The notes under the pieces were generated by a model that was not told where the DNA came from, did no database searches, and saw only the letters and a program-made list of their open reading frames with translations. The translations under genes and the position numbers were made by a program. Shown piece by piece: positions 18,999 through 29,239 of a stretch of 64,000 nucleotides of DNA. This stretch comes from Nitrospirota bacterium. GTDB lineage: Bacteria; Nitrospirota; UBA9217. Location of the stretch: positions 32,001 through 96,000 of the forward strand of contig CAWBNQ010000003.1 of NCBI GenBank assembly GCA_963790205.1. Direction: 5' to 3'. Positions within the stretch are counted from its first letter, which is position 1, and each line of letters opens with the position of its first letter.

Positions 18999-20906
18999 AT
19001 GTTCATTGTGGAGCTTGTCATGCAGGGGGTGCGGGGTATCCGTGAGCTGGCCCGTCTCAGGTTCAAGAGCGGCTTCAATTTCGTCGCCGCCGGCAATGAA
19101 TCGGGAAAAACCTCGTCAGTGGACTCAGTGCTGAGGCTCCTCTTTCCGAGCAACGAGCCGCAGGTGATCGATTCCCTCCTGTCGAAACACACTCCCGATG
19201 CGTCACGCGCGGCCCTCGTGGCGTATTCCGATGACGGGGCGTACTACCGGGTGATCGAGGACTTCTCGAAACGCGCGGTCAACCTGTCCCGGTATAATGC
19301 CTCCACCAAAGATTTTACCTTGATGCAAAAGGACTGGGATAACACGGCCCGGTTCATGACAGAACTTACCGGGGGAATTTCGGAAGGCGAATACAACAAG
19401 CTGTATGTCTTCCGGCGGGAACAGTACACGGTCCGGTCCGGCCGCGTTTCTTCGCCGGCCGCGCCGCCGCCCCCCACCCCTGCCAAACACGCCGCCCCGG
19501 CCCCGGCAAAGGGCAAGACGGCGGCGCTTGAAGCCCGGCTCGCCGAGCTTCGCGGAATGCTCCAGAAGGCGGAGGAAGCGGCGGACGCCGACTATAAGCT
19601 GCAGTCGGGCAAGCTCAGGCTTGAGGAAATCAGGAAAAAACTGGAGACGATCGAGGACATCAACAACCGCTTCGCGGACATCGACGCGAACGTCGAGGCG
19701 CTCAAAGGGTGCACGACGCTGCCCGAGGACCTTGGCGAAGTTCTCGCAGAGCACGAACGCCGTCAAGGCGAGAAGATGGCCCGGTCCGACGAATTGAACA
19801 AGGAAATCGCGGGGCTGCACGCGCAGATCGATTCCGTGCCGCGGGTGAACGTAGCGACCGATCCGCTGTTCCTCGCCGGCGCTGCCGTGGGGGCGCTCTC
19901 GGTCGTCGCCGCGCTGTTCCTGCTGTCCGAGGAGCAGAGGGATTATTTTCCCCTCGGCATCCTCGTTGCCCTCGTGTTTATCGCTGCTGCGTGGTACAAG
20001 GGATCGCGGAAGAGCACCGAGCGGAACATGCTGGCCAAAGAGGCGGAAGGGATAGAGGCCGAACTCGCTAATCTCGAAAAAAGTTTTGAACAGGGCGGGA
20101 CCGCCATCGCGGCCTGCATGAAGGCAACCAACTCGTCCACCACGTCAGAGCTCAAGGAGAAGGCCGAAAATTACCGTTATTTTCTCTCGATGCGGGACGA
20201 CATCGACGAACAGCGGAAACGCATGCTCGACGGCCGCTCGGCCGACGACCTGCAGGCGGAGTACGGCAAGCAGCAGCAGGAGGTTGTCGAGCTCGAAAAG
20301 GCCGCGGCCGCCCTTGCGCAGTACAATATAGATACCTATGCCATCAAGCAGGATATCGAGCGGGTGGAGTCCGAGATGTCCGGCGGGGCGACCGCGGATT
20401 TCAGCAACAGCGGACAGGAACTTTCCGATAATTTCGTTTTTGCCGCACCGCTCCCCGCCGATGGGCCGGCCGGATTTCTCGCCGAGCTCGGCGTCGCGAG
20501 CCGGATCGGCGGCATCGAGCTGGAGACGCTCATCCCCGCGGTAGAGGCCGCTGCGCAGCGGAACCTTTCGGCGGCCACGGGCGGGAAGTACGTCCGGATC
20601 GAAGCGGGGCATGAAGGCGATCCCGTCGTGCATGCGCAGGACGATTCCCCGGTCCGGTATTCGGAACTGAGCCACGGGACGAAGGACCTGATCTATTTTT
20701 GCCTGAGGACGGGGCTCGTCGAAGCGCTCGCAGGCAAGCGCAGGCTGCCGTTCCTTCTGGACGATCCGCTCGCGGGGTTCGATCCCGCGCGGCAGCAGGC
20801 GGCATGCCAGATCCTTCGCGGTCTCGGCGCAAAGACCCAGGTGCTCCTGTTTACCTCGAACCCCGCGCTCAAGGCGGCCGGTGACGCCGCGGCGGAGCTC
20901 AAGTAA
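18999..20906 (+). CDS. SMC/YhaN-like ABC-type ATPase with coiled coils and two TM helices
   Basis: Walker A AGNESGKT; signature LSHGT; Walker B LLDDPL; central hydrophobic hairpin. Confidence 0.8.
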   Translation: MFIVELVMQGVRGIRELARLRFKSGFNFVAAGNESGKTSSVDSVLRLLFPSNEPQVIDSLLSKHTPDASRAALVAYSDDGAYYRVIEDFSKRAVNLSRYNASTKDFTLMQKDWDNTARFMTELTGGISEGEYNKLYVFRREQYTVRSGRVSSPAAPPPPTPAKHAAPAPAKGKTAALEARLAELRGMLQKAEEAADADYKLQSGKLRLEEIRKKLETIEDINNRFADIDANVEALKGCTTLPEDLGEVLAEHERRQGEKMARSDELNKEIAGLHAQIDSVPRVNVATDPLFLAGAAVGALSVVAALFLLSEEQRDYFPLGILVALVFIAAAWYKGSRKSTERNMLAKEAEGIEAELANLEKSFEQGGTAIAACMKATNSSTTSELKEKAENYRYFLSMRDDIDEQRKRMLDGRSADDLQAEYGKQQQEVVELEKAAAALAQYNIDTYAIKQDIERVESEMSGGATADFSNSGQELSDNFVFAAPLPADGPAGFLAELGVASRIGGIELETLIPAVEAAAQRNLSAATGGKYVRIEAGHEGDPVVHAQDDSPVRYSELSHGTKDLIYFCLRTGLVEALAGKRRLPFLLDDPLAGFDPARQQAACQILRGLGAKTQVLLFTSNPALKAAGDAAAELK

Positions 20907-21548
20907 ATGAAGGGGGTCTTCATCACGTTCGAAGGCATCGAAGGCTCCGGCAAGTCCACGCAGATCGTCCTGCTCGCGAATTACCTCGCCTCGCGCGTAA
21001 AAGGCGTAACGCTCACCCGGGAGCCCGGCGGCACGGAAATAGGCGACCAGATAAGAAAGATCCTGCTCGACCCCGCAAACAGCGCGCTCGATCCCGGGGC
21101 GGAACTGCTCCTCTATGCCGCGGCGCGGGCACAACACCTGGAAGAGCTGGTCCGTCCCGATCTCGAATCGGGCAGGATCGTCCTGTGCGACCGCTACTCG
21201 GACGCAACCCTCGCCTATCAGGGCTACGGACGGGGACTTGACGTGGACATGATCCGCGCACTCGACCGTATGGTGACTGCCGGACTGCGGCCTGACCTTA
21301 CGGTCCTTCTCGACATCGATGCGGCCGCGGGGCTCGCGCGCGCACGGGGAAGAAACAACAGTTGCGGCCTTGAGGCGGAGGCGCGGTTCGAGAACGAAGA
21401 CCTGGCCTTTCATGAGCGGGTGCGGCGGGGATATCTCACGCTCGCGAAGAACGAGCCGGACCGTTTTCGCGTGGTGGAGGCAAAAGCGGCCCCCGATGAA
21501 ATACAGAACCGCATCAGGAAGATCGTTGACGACATCCTGAACGCATAA
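20907..21548 (+). CDS. tmk: Thymidylate kinase
   Basis: FEGIEGSGKST, TREPGGT, CDRY, AYQG. Confidence 0.97.
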   Translation: MKGVFITFEGIEGSGKSTQIVLLANYLASRVKGVTLTREPGGTEIGDQIRKILLDPANSALDPGAELLLYAAARAQHLEELVRPDLESGRIVLCDRYSDATLAYQGYGRGLDVDMIRALDRMVTAGLRPDLTVLLDIDAAAGLARARGRNNSCGLEAEARFENEDLAFHERVRRGYLTLAKNEPDRFRVVEAKAAPDEIQNRIRKIVDDILNA

Positions 21549-21551
21549 GCG

Positions 21552-21630
21552 CATTGGAAATTGAAGATTGAAAAATAAAAAATGAGAGGCCATCGCTCGA
21601 CCGTGCAATTTGCAATTTCCAATTTTCAAT
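21552..21630. repeat. Heptamer-based imperfect palindromic intergenic repeat
   Basis: ATTGGAA/ATTGAAG/ATTGAAA arm and complementary TTTGCAA/TTTCCAA/TTTTCAA arm. Confidence 0.6.
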
Positions 21631-21631
21631 T

Positions 21632-22657
21632 ATGAACTTTGCGATGATCGAGGGCCATGAGCGGCCCATCACCATACTTAAGCGGGCACTGGCGAACAAC
21701 ACCCTTGCCCATGCCTACTTGTTTTCGGGCGAAGCGGGCATCGGCAAGAAAATGACGGCGTTCGCGCTTGCCGCCGCGGTGAATTGCATGAACAGCGGAC
21801 CCGAGGGCGGGTGCGGTGCGTGCCCGTCGTGCCACAGGGTCGCCGCGCTTACCCATCCCGATGTCCATGTTGTGATGCCGGAGAGTGAGGACGCGCGGCT
21901 TCTCTCGACGTGGACCAGTAAAGAGGCCGCCAAGGCCAGCGATGAAATCAAGATCGATCAGATCAGGCAGGCCCAGGACCGTATTTCGCTGAAACCCTTC
22001 GAGGGCCGCAAGAATATTCTGATCGTGGACGGCGCGGAGACGTTGAACGCCGCCGCACAGAATGCTTTTCTCAAGACCCTGGAAGAGCCGCCGGGAGATG
22101 CTCTTATCATCCTCGTTACTTCGATGTCCCAAAGCCTGTTGCCCACCATCCGTTCACGGTGTCAGGAGATCAGGTTCCAACCGCTGCCGCGCCGCACGCT
22201 TGCCCGGGCATTGGTGAAAAAACGCGGATTGCCGGAAGGAGACGCCTGGTTCCTGGCGGCACTCGCGCAGGGGAGCATGGGCCGCGCGCTCGGGATGGAC
22301 GTTGAACAGGAAAAGGCCGCGCGGGAGGAGCTCATGACGTTTTGGGACGGGTTGGGGCAGATGGGGCCCGGAGAGGTGCTTGCCCGGGCCGAGGCGCTCG
22401 GGAAAGACCGGGACCGTTTCGAAGGGCTGCTCGATATCGGAGTGGAAAGGCTCCGCGATGTACTGGTCTATCGCGCAACGAGCAACGAGGCGCTTCTCGT
22501 ATACGGGCACGGAATGGACCGGCAGTGGGGTGCGCAGGTCCCGCTCCAGCGGCTGCTCGCGGACATGGAACTGTTTATAACGAGCAGGGGCCTGCTCAAC
22601 CGCCGCGTGAGCGCTCAGCTGGTAGCGGAGAACCTGCTCTTGAAACTGGGAAGGTAA
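21632..22657 (+). CDS. holB: DNA polymerase III delta' subunit
   Basis: HAYLFSG..GIGK, CG.C.SC, HPD, NAFLKTLEEPP, TIRSRC; follows tmk. Confidence 0.95.
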   Translation: MNFAMIEGHERPITILKRALANNTLAHAYLFSGEAGIGKKMTAFALAAAVNCMNSGPEGGCGACPSCHRVAALTHPDVHVVMPESEDARLLSTWTSKEAAKASDEIKIDQIRQAQDRISLKPFEGRKNILIVDGAETLNAAAQNAFLKTLEEPPGDALIILVTSMSQSLLPTIRSRCQEIRFQPLPRRTLARALVKKRGLPEGDAWFLAALAQGSMGRALGMDVEQEKAAREELMTFWDGLGQMGPGEVLARAEALGKDRDRFEGLLDIGVERLRDVLVYRATSNEALLVYGHGMDRQWGAQVPLQRLLADMELFITSRGLLNRRVSAQLVAENLLLKLGR

Positions 22658-22695
22658 ATTCATTGCGGATTTCACCCTGCACTCGCGCTGAGCAC

Positions 22696-22870
22696 AATAC
22701 TTAGACCCATTGTCGTACCCTCTCGCTGGGAATCGAGAGACGGGGATCAAGGGTAATACTTAGACCCGTTGTCATATCATCTCGCTGGGTAAGGCTTAGA
22801 CTCTTTGTAGTACCCTCGCACTGAGAAACATGCGAGGGGAATCAATGACCGCAGAGACGGGAATCAAGGA
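22696..22870 (+). repeat. Triple structured repeat in the holB-ricT intergenic region
   Basis: CTTAGAC.C.TTGT..TA.C.TC three times; GAGACGGG.ATCAAGG twice. Confidence 0.7.
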
Positions 22871-22930
22871 CCTCATAAACGCTGGGCACGGGCCGGGCGC
22901 AGGCGGAAGGCGGATTGCGGAATTAAAAAC

Positions 22931-24193
22931 ATGGAAGACAGAGAACAGAAGACCGATAATAATACGAAGAAATTAGCAGGCGTACGCTTTCGGGAAAACT
23001 GGAAGGTCTACGACTTTGACGCCGCCGGTATAGACGTTGTCGTGGGCGACCGGGTGATCGTCGATTCAGACCGGGGCCCCGGCTTCGCCCGTGTTGTACG
23101 GATCAGGAGGTCCCAGGCCCCGGCCGTCCTGGAAACGCACGTTGCCCCTGCCCCTGTTCCGGAAATTCCGGATGGAGTGGAGATCGATATCGACGATGTG
23201 GGGAAACAACCGGCGCCCGATGTTTCTCCTGCCAAGACCCACGCACCGAAAGGCGGGCGCAAGATCCTGCGTAAAGCCACGGACGACGATATTGCCAGGG
23301 AAGAAAAGAACCGGGAGCGCGAGGCAGAGGCGTTCAAAGCCGCCCAGGACATGATCACGGAGCGGGAACTGCCGATGAAGTTGATCCGCGTGGAGTACTC
23401 GTTCGACGCCTCGCGGGCGACTTTCTTTTTCTTTTCCGAGACCAGGATCGACTTCCGCGAGTTGGTGAAAGATCTTGCCTACAAGCTTAAGAGCCGCATC
23501 GAGATGCGTCAGGTCGGCGTGCGGGACGTGGCGCGCATGATCGGAGGCTTCGGACCCTGCGGCAGGGAACTTTGCTGCTCGTCGTTTTTAAAGAATTTTG
23601 AGCCTGTCTCGATCCGCATGGCGAAGAAACAGGACATGGTGCTCAACCCGGCGAAAATTTCGGGCGTCTGCGGCAGGCTGCTGTGCTGTCTCTCGTACGA
23701 ATACGGGATGTACGATGAGATCAAGAAGGACCTTGCGGGTATGCGCGAGGCCGTGGTCCAGGAAAAGAGGGACGAAGAGGAGCGCCGGATCGCCGAGGAG
23801 CGGAAAGAGGAGGAGCGAAGGCTCGCCGAGGAAAAGAGGCGCCAGGATGAGCGCCGTCCGCAGCAGGACCAGCGACGGGACCGGCAGAGAGAAGGGCACA
23901 AGGGCGGCGGCAGGCCCGAGACGAAAAGGGACCAGCAGCAGGAAAAGAGGGCGCAGCCGCAGAAAATCGAACAGCCACGGGAGCGGCAGCAACAGCAGAA
24001 ACAGGAAAGGCAACAGCCGACGGACCAGAAAGTCCAGCAAGTTCAGCAGGCCCAGCAGCAGAAGGCACAGCCGCAACAGGAAGGGGAGAAGTCCGGCAAG
24101 AAGAAAAAACGCAGGTTCTGGCGCCGGAAAAAGAAGGGGCAGCAGGGAGAGAACAAACCCCAGGGGCCGGCAGGTCCTCAGAATCAGGGATAG
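22931..24193 (+). CDS. ricT: PSP1/RicT (YaaT) family protein with a long Q/K/R-rich tail
   Basis: RIDFRELVKDLA, IEMRQVGVRD, GPCGRELCC, KISGVCGRLLCCL.YE. Confidence 0.92.
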   Translation: MEDREQKTDNNTKKLAGVRFRENWKVYDFDAAGIDVVVGDRVIVDSDRGPGFARVVRIRRSQAPAVLETHVAPAPVPEIPDGVEIDIDDVGKQPAPDVSPAKTHAPKGGRKILRKATDDDIAREEKNREREAEAFKAAQDMITERELPMKLIRVEYSFDASRATFFFFSETRIDFRELVKDLAYKLKSRIEMRQVGVRDVARMIGGFGPCGRELCCSSFLKNFEPVSIRMAKKQDMVLNPAKISGVCGRLLCCLSYEYGMYDEIKKDLAGMREAVVQEKRDEEERRIAEERKEEERRLAEEKRRQDERRPQQDQRRDRQREGHKGGGRPETKRDQQQEKRAQPQKIEQPRERQQQQKQERQQPTDQKVQQVQQAQQQKAQPQQEGEKSGKKKKRRFWRRKKKGQQGENKPQGPAGPQNQG

Positions 24194-24197
24194 CCGG

Positions 24198-24322
24198 ACA
24201 AATTTCAAGCACCAAATCACAAAGCACAAACAATATGGAATTCCGAACGTTCAAGAGCCAAACGACTTGGTTTTTGGCATTTGGAATTTATTTGAGATTT
24301 GGGATTTTCATTTTAGGATTTT
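24198..24322. repeat. Heptamer-based palindromic intergenic repeat
   Basis: CAAATTT/CAAGCAC/CAAATCA/CAAAGCA arm and TTTGG... arm. Confidence 0.6.
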
Positions 24323-24328
24323 ATGATT

Positions 24329-26290
24329 ATGTCGAAAAAGTTTTACATCACGACGCCCATCTACTACGTGAACGACGTGCCGCACATCGGGCACGCGTAC
24401 ACGACCATCGCCGCGGACACGCTCTCGCGCTACCACCGCCTGCGGGGCGACGCGGTGTTCTTTCTTACGGGCACCGACGAGCACGGCCAGAAGGTCGAAA
24501 AGGCCGCGCAGGAGCGGGGGCTCACGCCGAAGGCGCATGCCGACATGATGGTCCAGAACTTCCAGCAGCTCTGGAAAAAGCTCGAGATCTCCAACGACGC
24601 TTTTATCCGCACGACGGACCGGGAACATGTCGCCGTGGTGCAGGAATTGCTTCAGAAGCTCTACGACAAGGGCGAGATCGAGCGCCGGACCTACGAGGGC
24701 TGGTACTGCACGCCCGACGAGCGGTTCTGGACCGAGAAGGAGATCGTCGAAGGCAAGTGCCCTGACTGCGGCAGGCCCGTCGAACGCATCTCGGAAGACA
24801 ATTACTTTTTCCTGATGAGCAAGTATCAGGACCGGCTCGTCAGGCATATCGAGGAGAACCCGGATTATATTCAGCCGGAGAGCAGGCGGAATGAAGTGCT
24901 TGGGTTTTTACGGACGCAGACCCTCGGTGACCTCTGCATCTCCCGTCCCAAGGCGCGGCTCTCGTGGGGCATCGAGCTGCCCTTTGACCGGGAGTTCGTG
25001 ACCTACGTCTGGTTCGACGCGCTCGTGAATTATTTCTCGGCCACGCGCTATCTGAGCCCTTCCGTCGATGGATCAGCCGACCCCGCTGTTCGTGAAAAAT
25101 TCTGGTGGCCCGCGGAGCATCACCTCGTGGGCAAGGACATCCTTACTACGCACAGCGTCTACTGGTCCACGATGCTCATGGCTTTGGGACTTAAGCTTCC
25201 CAAAAATATTTTCGCCCACGGCTGGTGGACGCAGGACGGGAAGAAGATGTCCAAATCGATCGGGAACGTAATCGATCCGAACGCGGTGGTGGACGCCTAC
25301 GGTGCGGACGCCTTCCGGTATTTCGTGCTGCGCGAAGTGCCCTTCGGCCTTGACGGGGACTTTTCGACGGAGACGTTCATCACGCGCTTTAACACGGAGC
25401 TTGCGAACGACCTTGGGAACCTGCTTTCACGCGTGCTTACCATGATGGCCAGGTATTTTGACGGAAAGATCCCCCCGCCGGGTACGGAGCAGCCCCTTGA
25501 CAGGGGTTTGCGTGAAACCGCGAGCTTGTTGCCGGCCAGGGTCGATGAAGACCTTTCGGCGCTTGCGTTTGCCCGATATATCCAGGACGCGTGGACGCTT
25601 GTGACGCGGGCCAACCGCTACGTGGAGGAAAATGCGCCCTGGACACTCGCGAAGAACAACACTATGGACCGGCTCGGCGCCGTGCTCTATAATCTTTCGG
25701 AATCGCTCAGACTGATAGCGCTGCACCTTTATCCGGTCATGCCGTCAACCGCTCAGAAGATATGGAACGCTATCGGCGTGGACAGGCAGATTGCCGCATG
25801 TCGCATGAACGAAGAAAAACAGTGGGGGAAACTGGCGGCAGGCATTGCTATTCAGCCCGGCGCGCAGCTTTTCCCGCGGATCGACTTAAAAAAGAACACG
25901 GAGAAGAAGATGGAAAAAACCGAAGAAATGCAAAAACCGGCGCCGAAGCCCGAAACTGCCGGGCCGGAGCTGATCGGCATTGAAGATTTCATGAAAGTCG
26001 ACCTGCGGGTGGGAAAGATCGTTGCTGCCGAGCGCGTCGAGAAGTCCGAAAAACTGGTGAAGCTGCAGGTGGACATCGGCCATGAGACGCGCCAGGTGGT
26101 GGCCGGCATCGGGAAAAGCTATACGCCCGAGGAACTGGTCAACAAGACGGTCGTGATCGTCGCGAACCTGAAACCGGCCAAGCTCATGGGCATCGAATCG
26201 CAGGGCATGCTCCTGGCCGCGAGCAGCGGAGACGCCCTCGCCGTGGTCACCTTCGACCGGGAGATGAAGCCGGGGGCGAAAGTAAAGTAG
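24329..26290 (+). CDS. metG: Methionyl-tRNA synthetase with C-terminal tRNA-binding domain
   Basis: TTPIYYVN, HIGH, YVWFDAL, KMSKS, Trbp111-like C-terminus. Confidence 0.98.
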   Translation: MSKKFYITTPIYYVNDVPHIGHAYTTIAADTLSRYHRLRGDAVFFLTGTDEHGQKVEKAAQERGLTPKAHADMMVQNFQQLWKKLEISNDAFIRTTDREHVAVVQELLQKLYDKGEIERRTYEGWYCTPDERFWTEKEIVEGKCPDCGRPVERISEDNYFFLMSKYQDRLVRHIEENPDYIQPESRRNEVLGFLRTQTLGDLCISRPKARLSWGIELPFDREFVTYVWFDALVNYFSATRYLSPSVDGSADPAVREKFWWPAEHHLVGKDILTTHSVYWSTMLMALGLKLPKNIFAHGWWTQDGKKMSKSIGNVIDPNAVVDAYGADAFRYFVLREVPFGLDGDFSTETFITRFNTELANDLGNLLSRVLTMMARYFDGKIPPPGTEQPLDRGLRETASLLPARVDEDLSALAFARYIQDAWTLVTRANRYVEENAPWTLAKNNTMDRLGAVLYNLSESLRLIALHLYPVMPSTAQKIWNAIGVDRQIAACRMNEEKQWGKLAAGIAIQPGAQLFPRIDLKKNTEKKMEKTEEMQKPAPKPETAGPELIGIEDFMKVDLRVGKIVAAERVEKSEKLVKLQVDIGHETRQVVAGIGKSYTPEELVNKTVVIVANLKPAKLMGIESQGMLLAASSGDALAVVTFDREMKPGAKVK

Positions 26291-26365
26291 TGTCGCGCTC
26301 CGCGCTTTATTGCAGAATGCGGAGAGCGGAATTAAGAGAATCCAAAAATTAGATATTGCACTGTT

Positions 26366-26450
26366 GCCACGGATTTAAACGGATGTACGCGGATGAAGAT
26401 AAACCCGATCTCAAGATTTTTATCCGTGACTATCAGCGTCCCTCCGTGGC
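26366..26450. repeat. Nonamer-type palindromic repeat
   Basis: GCCACGGAT/AAACGGAT/ACGCGGAT ... ATCCGTG/CTCCGTGGC. Confidence 0.6.
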
Positions 26451-26492
26451 TTATATTTTTTGTTTGTTGAATTCAATAAGGCAGATTGAACC

Positions 26493-27863
26493 ATGCTGAT
26501 CGACACCCATGCGCACTTAGAGATGCGCGAGTTCAATGACGACCGCGAGGACGTGATCAAGCGCGCCCGCGAAGCGGGCGTCGAGTATATCATCACCATC
26601 GGAACGACCGTGGAATCGAGCCGCGACGCCGTGCTCCTCGCGGACAAGTACGATTTCATCTACGCCGCGATCGGCATCCATCCTCACGAGGTCAAGGACA
26701 TCCTCCATCCGGCCTACGACATCATCAGGCACTTCGCCCAGCACAAAAAGGTCGTGGCCTACGGCGAGATCGGGCTCGATTACCACTACGAGCACTCGCC
26801 CCGGTCCGACCAGAAGAGAAAATTCCGCGACATGCTGCGCGAGGCGCGCGAGCTCGATTTGCCGGTGATTATCCATGACCGCGATGCCCACGAGGATACG
26901 CTTCAGATCCTCTCCGAGGAATGGTCGCCGGACCTCGGCGGGGTCATGCACTGCTTCTCGGGAGACATCGAGATGGCGAAAAAATTGATCGAGATGGGGT
27001 TCTCCCTCTCCGTCGCCGGCCCGGTCACGTTCCCGAAGGCGGAGGCCCTGCGCGAGGTCGTGCGCCAGGTTCCGATCGAATACCTGCTGGTCGAGACGGA
27101 CGCCCCGTACCTGGCGCCCCAGCCCGTGCGCGGCAAGCGGAACGAGCCGGCCTACGTGCGCCATACGGCCGAGGCTGTCGCAAAGATCAAGGGACTTTCC
27201 TACGACGACGTGGCGCGGATCACGGGCTTCAACGCCATGCAGCTTTTCGGCATCGGCACGATGCCCGAACGCGGACAGATCGCCTATCCCATACGAAATT
27301 CGCTCTATCTCAATATCACGAACCGCTGCACCGCCGCCTGCACGTTTTGCGTGCGCTACCACACCGATTTCGTGAAGGGGCATAACCTCCGGCTCGGCGA
27401 AGAGCCCACTGCCGGGGAACTGATCGCGCAGATCGGCGATCCCGGAAGATATGCCGAGATCGTGTTCTGCGGCTACGGCGAGCCGCTCCTCAGGCTCGAT
27501 GTGGTCAAGACCGTGGCCGCGGAGGTGAAGCGTCGCGGCGGGAAGGTGCGCATCGACACGAACGGCCACGCAAACCTCATCCATAAGCGGAACGTGCTGC
27601 CGGAGCTTGCCGGTCTTGTGGATGCCGTGAGCGTAAGCCTGAATGCCCAGAACGCGGAACTCTACGAAAAGATCAGCCAGCCGAAATTCGGAATCGAAAC
27701 CTACGAGTCCATTAAGGAGTTCATCCGCGAGGCCAAAAAGTACATCCCCGATGTCACCGCTACGGTCGTGTCGCTCCCCGAGGTGGATGTCGACGCCTGC
27801 CGCAGGATCGCCGAGGAACTCGGCGCCAGGTTCCGTGTGCGCGAATATAACGTCGTAGGGTAA
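26493..27863 (+). CDS. tatD: TatD hydrolase fused to a radical SAM domain
   Basis: DTHAH, GIHPH, GEIGLD, HCFSG, ETDAPY; then NITNRCTAACTFC, CGYGEP, TNG. Confidence 0.94.
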   Translation: MLIDTHAHLEMREFNDDREDVIKRAREAGVEYIITIGTTVESSRDAVLLADKYDFIYAAIGIHPHEVKDILHPAYDIIRHFAQHKKVVAYGEIGLDYHYEHSPRSDQKRKFRDMLREARELDLPVIIHDRDAHEDTLQILSEEWSPDLGGVMHCFSGDIEMAKKLIEMGFSLSVAGPVTFPKAEALREVVRQVPIEYLLVETDAPYLAPQPVRGKRNEPAYVRHTAEAVAKIKGLSYDDVARITGFNAMQLFGIGTMPERGQIAYPIRNSLYLNITNRCTAACTFCVRYHTDFVKGHNLRLGEEPTAGELIAQIGDPGRYAEIVFCGYGEPLLRLDVVKTVAAEVKRRGGKVRIDTNGHANLIHKRNVLPELAGLVDAVSVSLNAQNAELYEKISQPKFGIETYESIKEFIREAKKYIPDVTATVVSLPEVDVDACRRIAEELGARFRVREYNVVG

Positions 27864-28158
27864 CGAACACCCGGCAAAGACTGCTCTTACCTTTTTCAAA
27901 GCCTTCTCCTGGAATTCCCTTATCGTTAGCCATGCATGCCGAAGTCCACCCATACCCTTAAAATACCCTTCCAGGGCGATTTACTTTCACCATAAAACCC
28001 TGTACCGTAAACCTCACATATGCAGGAAGATTGCTGTTGAAGCTTGCCGTTATTGCATGGCCGGCTTGAGTGCTTGCGCCGGACTGCAGCGACCGTTTGC
28101 AGGAAAAGCGGAGGCCGGGGCTTCACCGGAACATAAGAACGCGGGGATAGATGAACTC

Positions 28159-28575
28159 ATGGGTTTGAGACAGGGAACGGAATGGATCCTTATGGTAGAG
28201 AGAGATATCTCGGTTAACGATCTTGCCCGGGACATGTTTCGCAGGTATGGATACAGCGTTCTGAGCGCCGGTGACGCAGGGGAAGCCGTGAGGCTCTATC
28301 GTCAACACGCCGAAAAAATAGCCGTTGTGATGATCGATGCGCTTTCGGACCGTGCCCGAAGCCGGGACCTCTTCACCATGATACGCAAGATCAATCCCGG
28401 CGCGCGCGTCATAGCTACCAGCGATGTTCCCCAGGACCCCAGCGACCACAACATGCTGCCGCACAGGGTTGACGGCCATCTCCGGAAACCCTATCGCATG
28501 ACCGACCTCCTGAACCTGGTGGGACGGCTGCTTGGCGGAGAAAGTCCTCCCGATGATGCAGCTTATCATTCATGA
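28159..28575 (+). CDS. Atypical single receiver-domain protein
   Basis: ILMVE...GYSVL.A..EA...VMID...KPY; start uncertain. Confidence 0.7.
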   Translation: MGLRQGTEWILMVERDISVNDLARDMFRRYGYSVLSAGDAGEAVRLYRQHAEKIAVVMIDALSDRARSRDLFTMIRKINPGARVIATSDVPQDPSDHNMLPHRVDGHLRKPYRMTDLLNLVGRLLGGESPPDDAAYHS

Positions 28576-28601
28576 CTTGACGCCGATGGCGGCTATAAAC
28601 T

Positions 28602-28976
28602 ATGGCAAATAAAAAACTCATTTTAGTGGTCGATGACGACCCCGGGATCCAGGTCTTGACCAGGGACATCCTTGAGCTCTACGGGCATTCGGTCCTGACC
28701 GCCGCAAGCCGTGGCGACGCGCTCGCGCTTTGCGAGCATCGCGGGAAGGAAATCTCGGTCGTACTCCTCGACGTGGGGGAACCGGAAACCGCCGCTTTCG
28801 ACGTCTTTCAGCGGATACTGGAAGTCAACCCGGCTGCGAAAGTCATCATTACGAGCTCCGACAGTCACGACGGCGAGTCCCTCGGAATGTTCGGACGAGG
28901 TTCCGCGGGGTTCCTGAAAAAAAAGTACCGGATGATCGAGCTTCTCCGGATGGTCGAAGGAGTTCAAAAAATTTAG
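28602..28976 (+). CDS. Single receiver-domain response regulator
   Basis: ILVVDDD, VLLD, VIITS, GFLKK. Confidence 0.8.
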   Translation: MANKKLILVVDDDPGIQVLTRDILELYGHSVLTAASRGDALALCEHRGKEISVVLLDVGEPETAAFDVFQRILEVNPAAKVIITSSDSHDGESLGMFGRGSAGFLKKKYRMIELLRMVEGVQKI

Positions 28977-29164
28977 CAAGGTCGTCCGTGCGGCGATCAC
29001 GCGGCAAATACCTGCCTGAGATGTTGCCGCGAAAGCGGTACGCAGCGAAAAACATCCTCCCTTATCCCCCTCCGGTTTCCGCAGGGTTTTCTTACCCGAT
29101 CTCCTGTCTTTGATAACAGCGCGCAACGAAGGCTCAAAGCCCTGGACCCGGGGGCTTTAATTCA

Positions 29165-29193
29165 TTGACATCCCCTGTTGTTTCGGTTAATAT
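29165..29193 (+). promoter_or_regulatory. Sigma70 promoter
   Basis: TTGACA-N17-TAATAT. Confidence 0.7.
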
Positions 29194-29239
29194 TTACTCC
29201 TAAATTCCGTAAAAATTATCGCTCTTCGGAGGCTGTATT

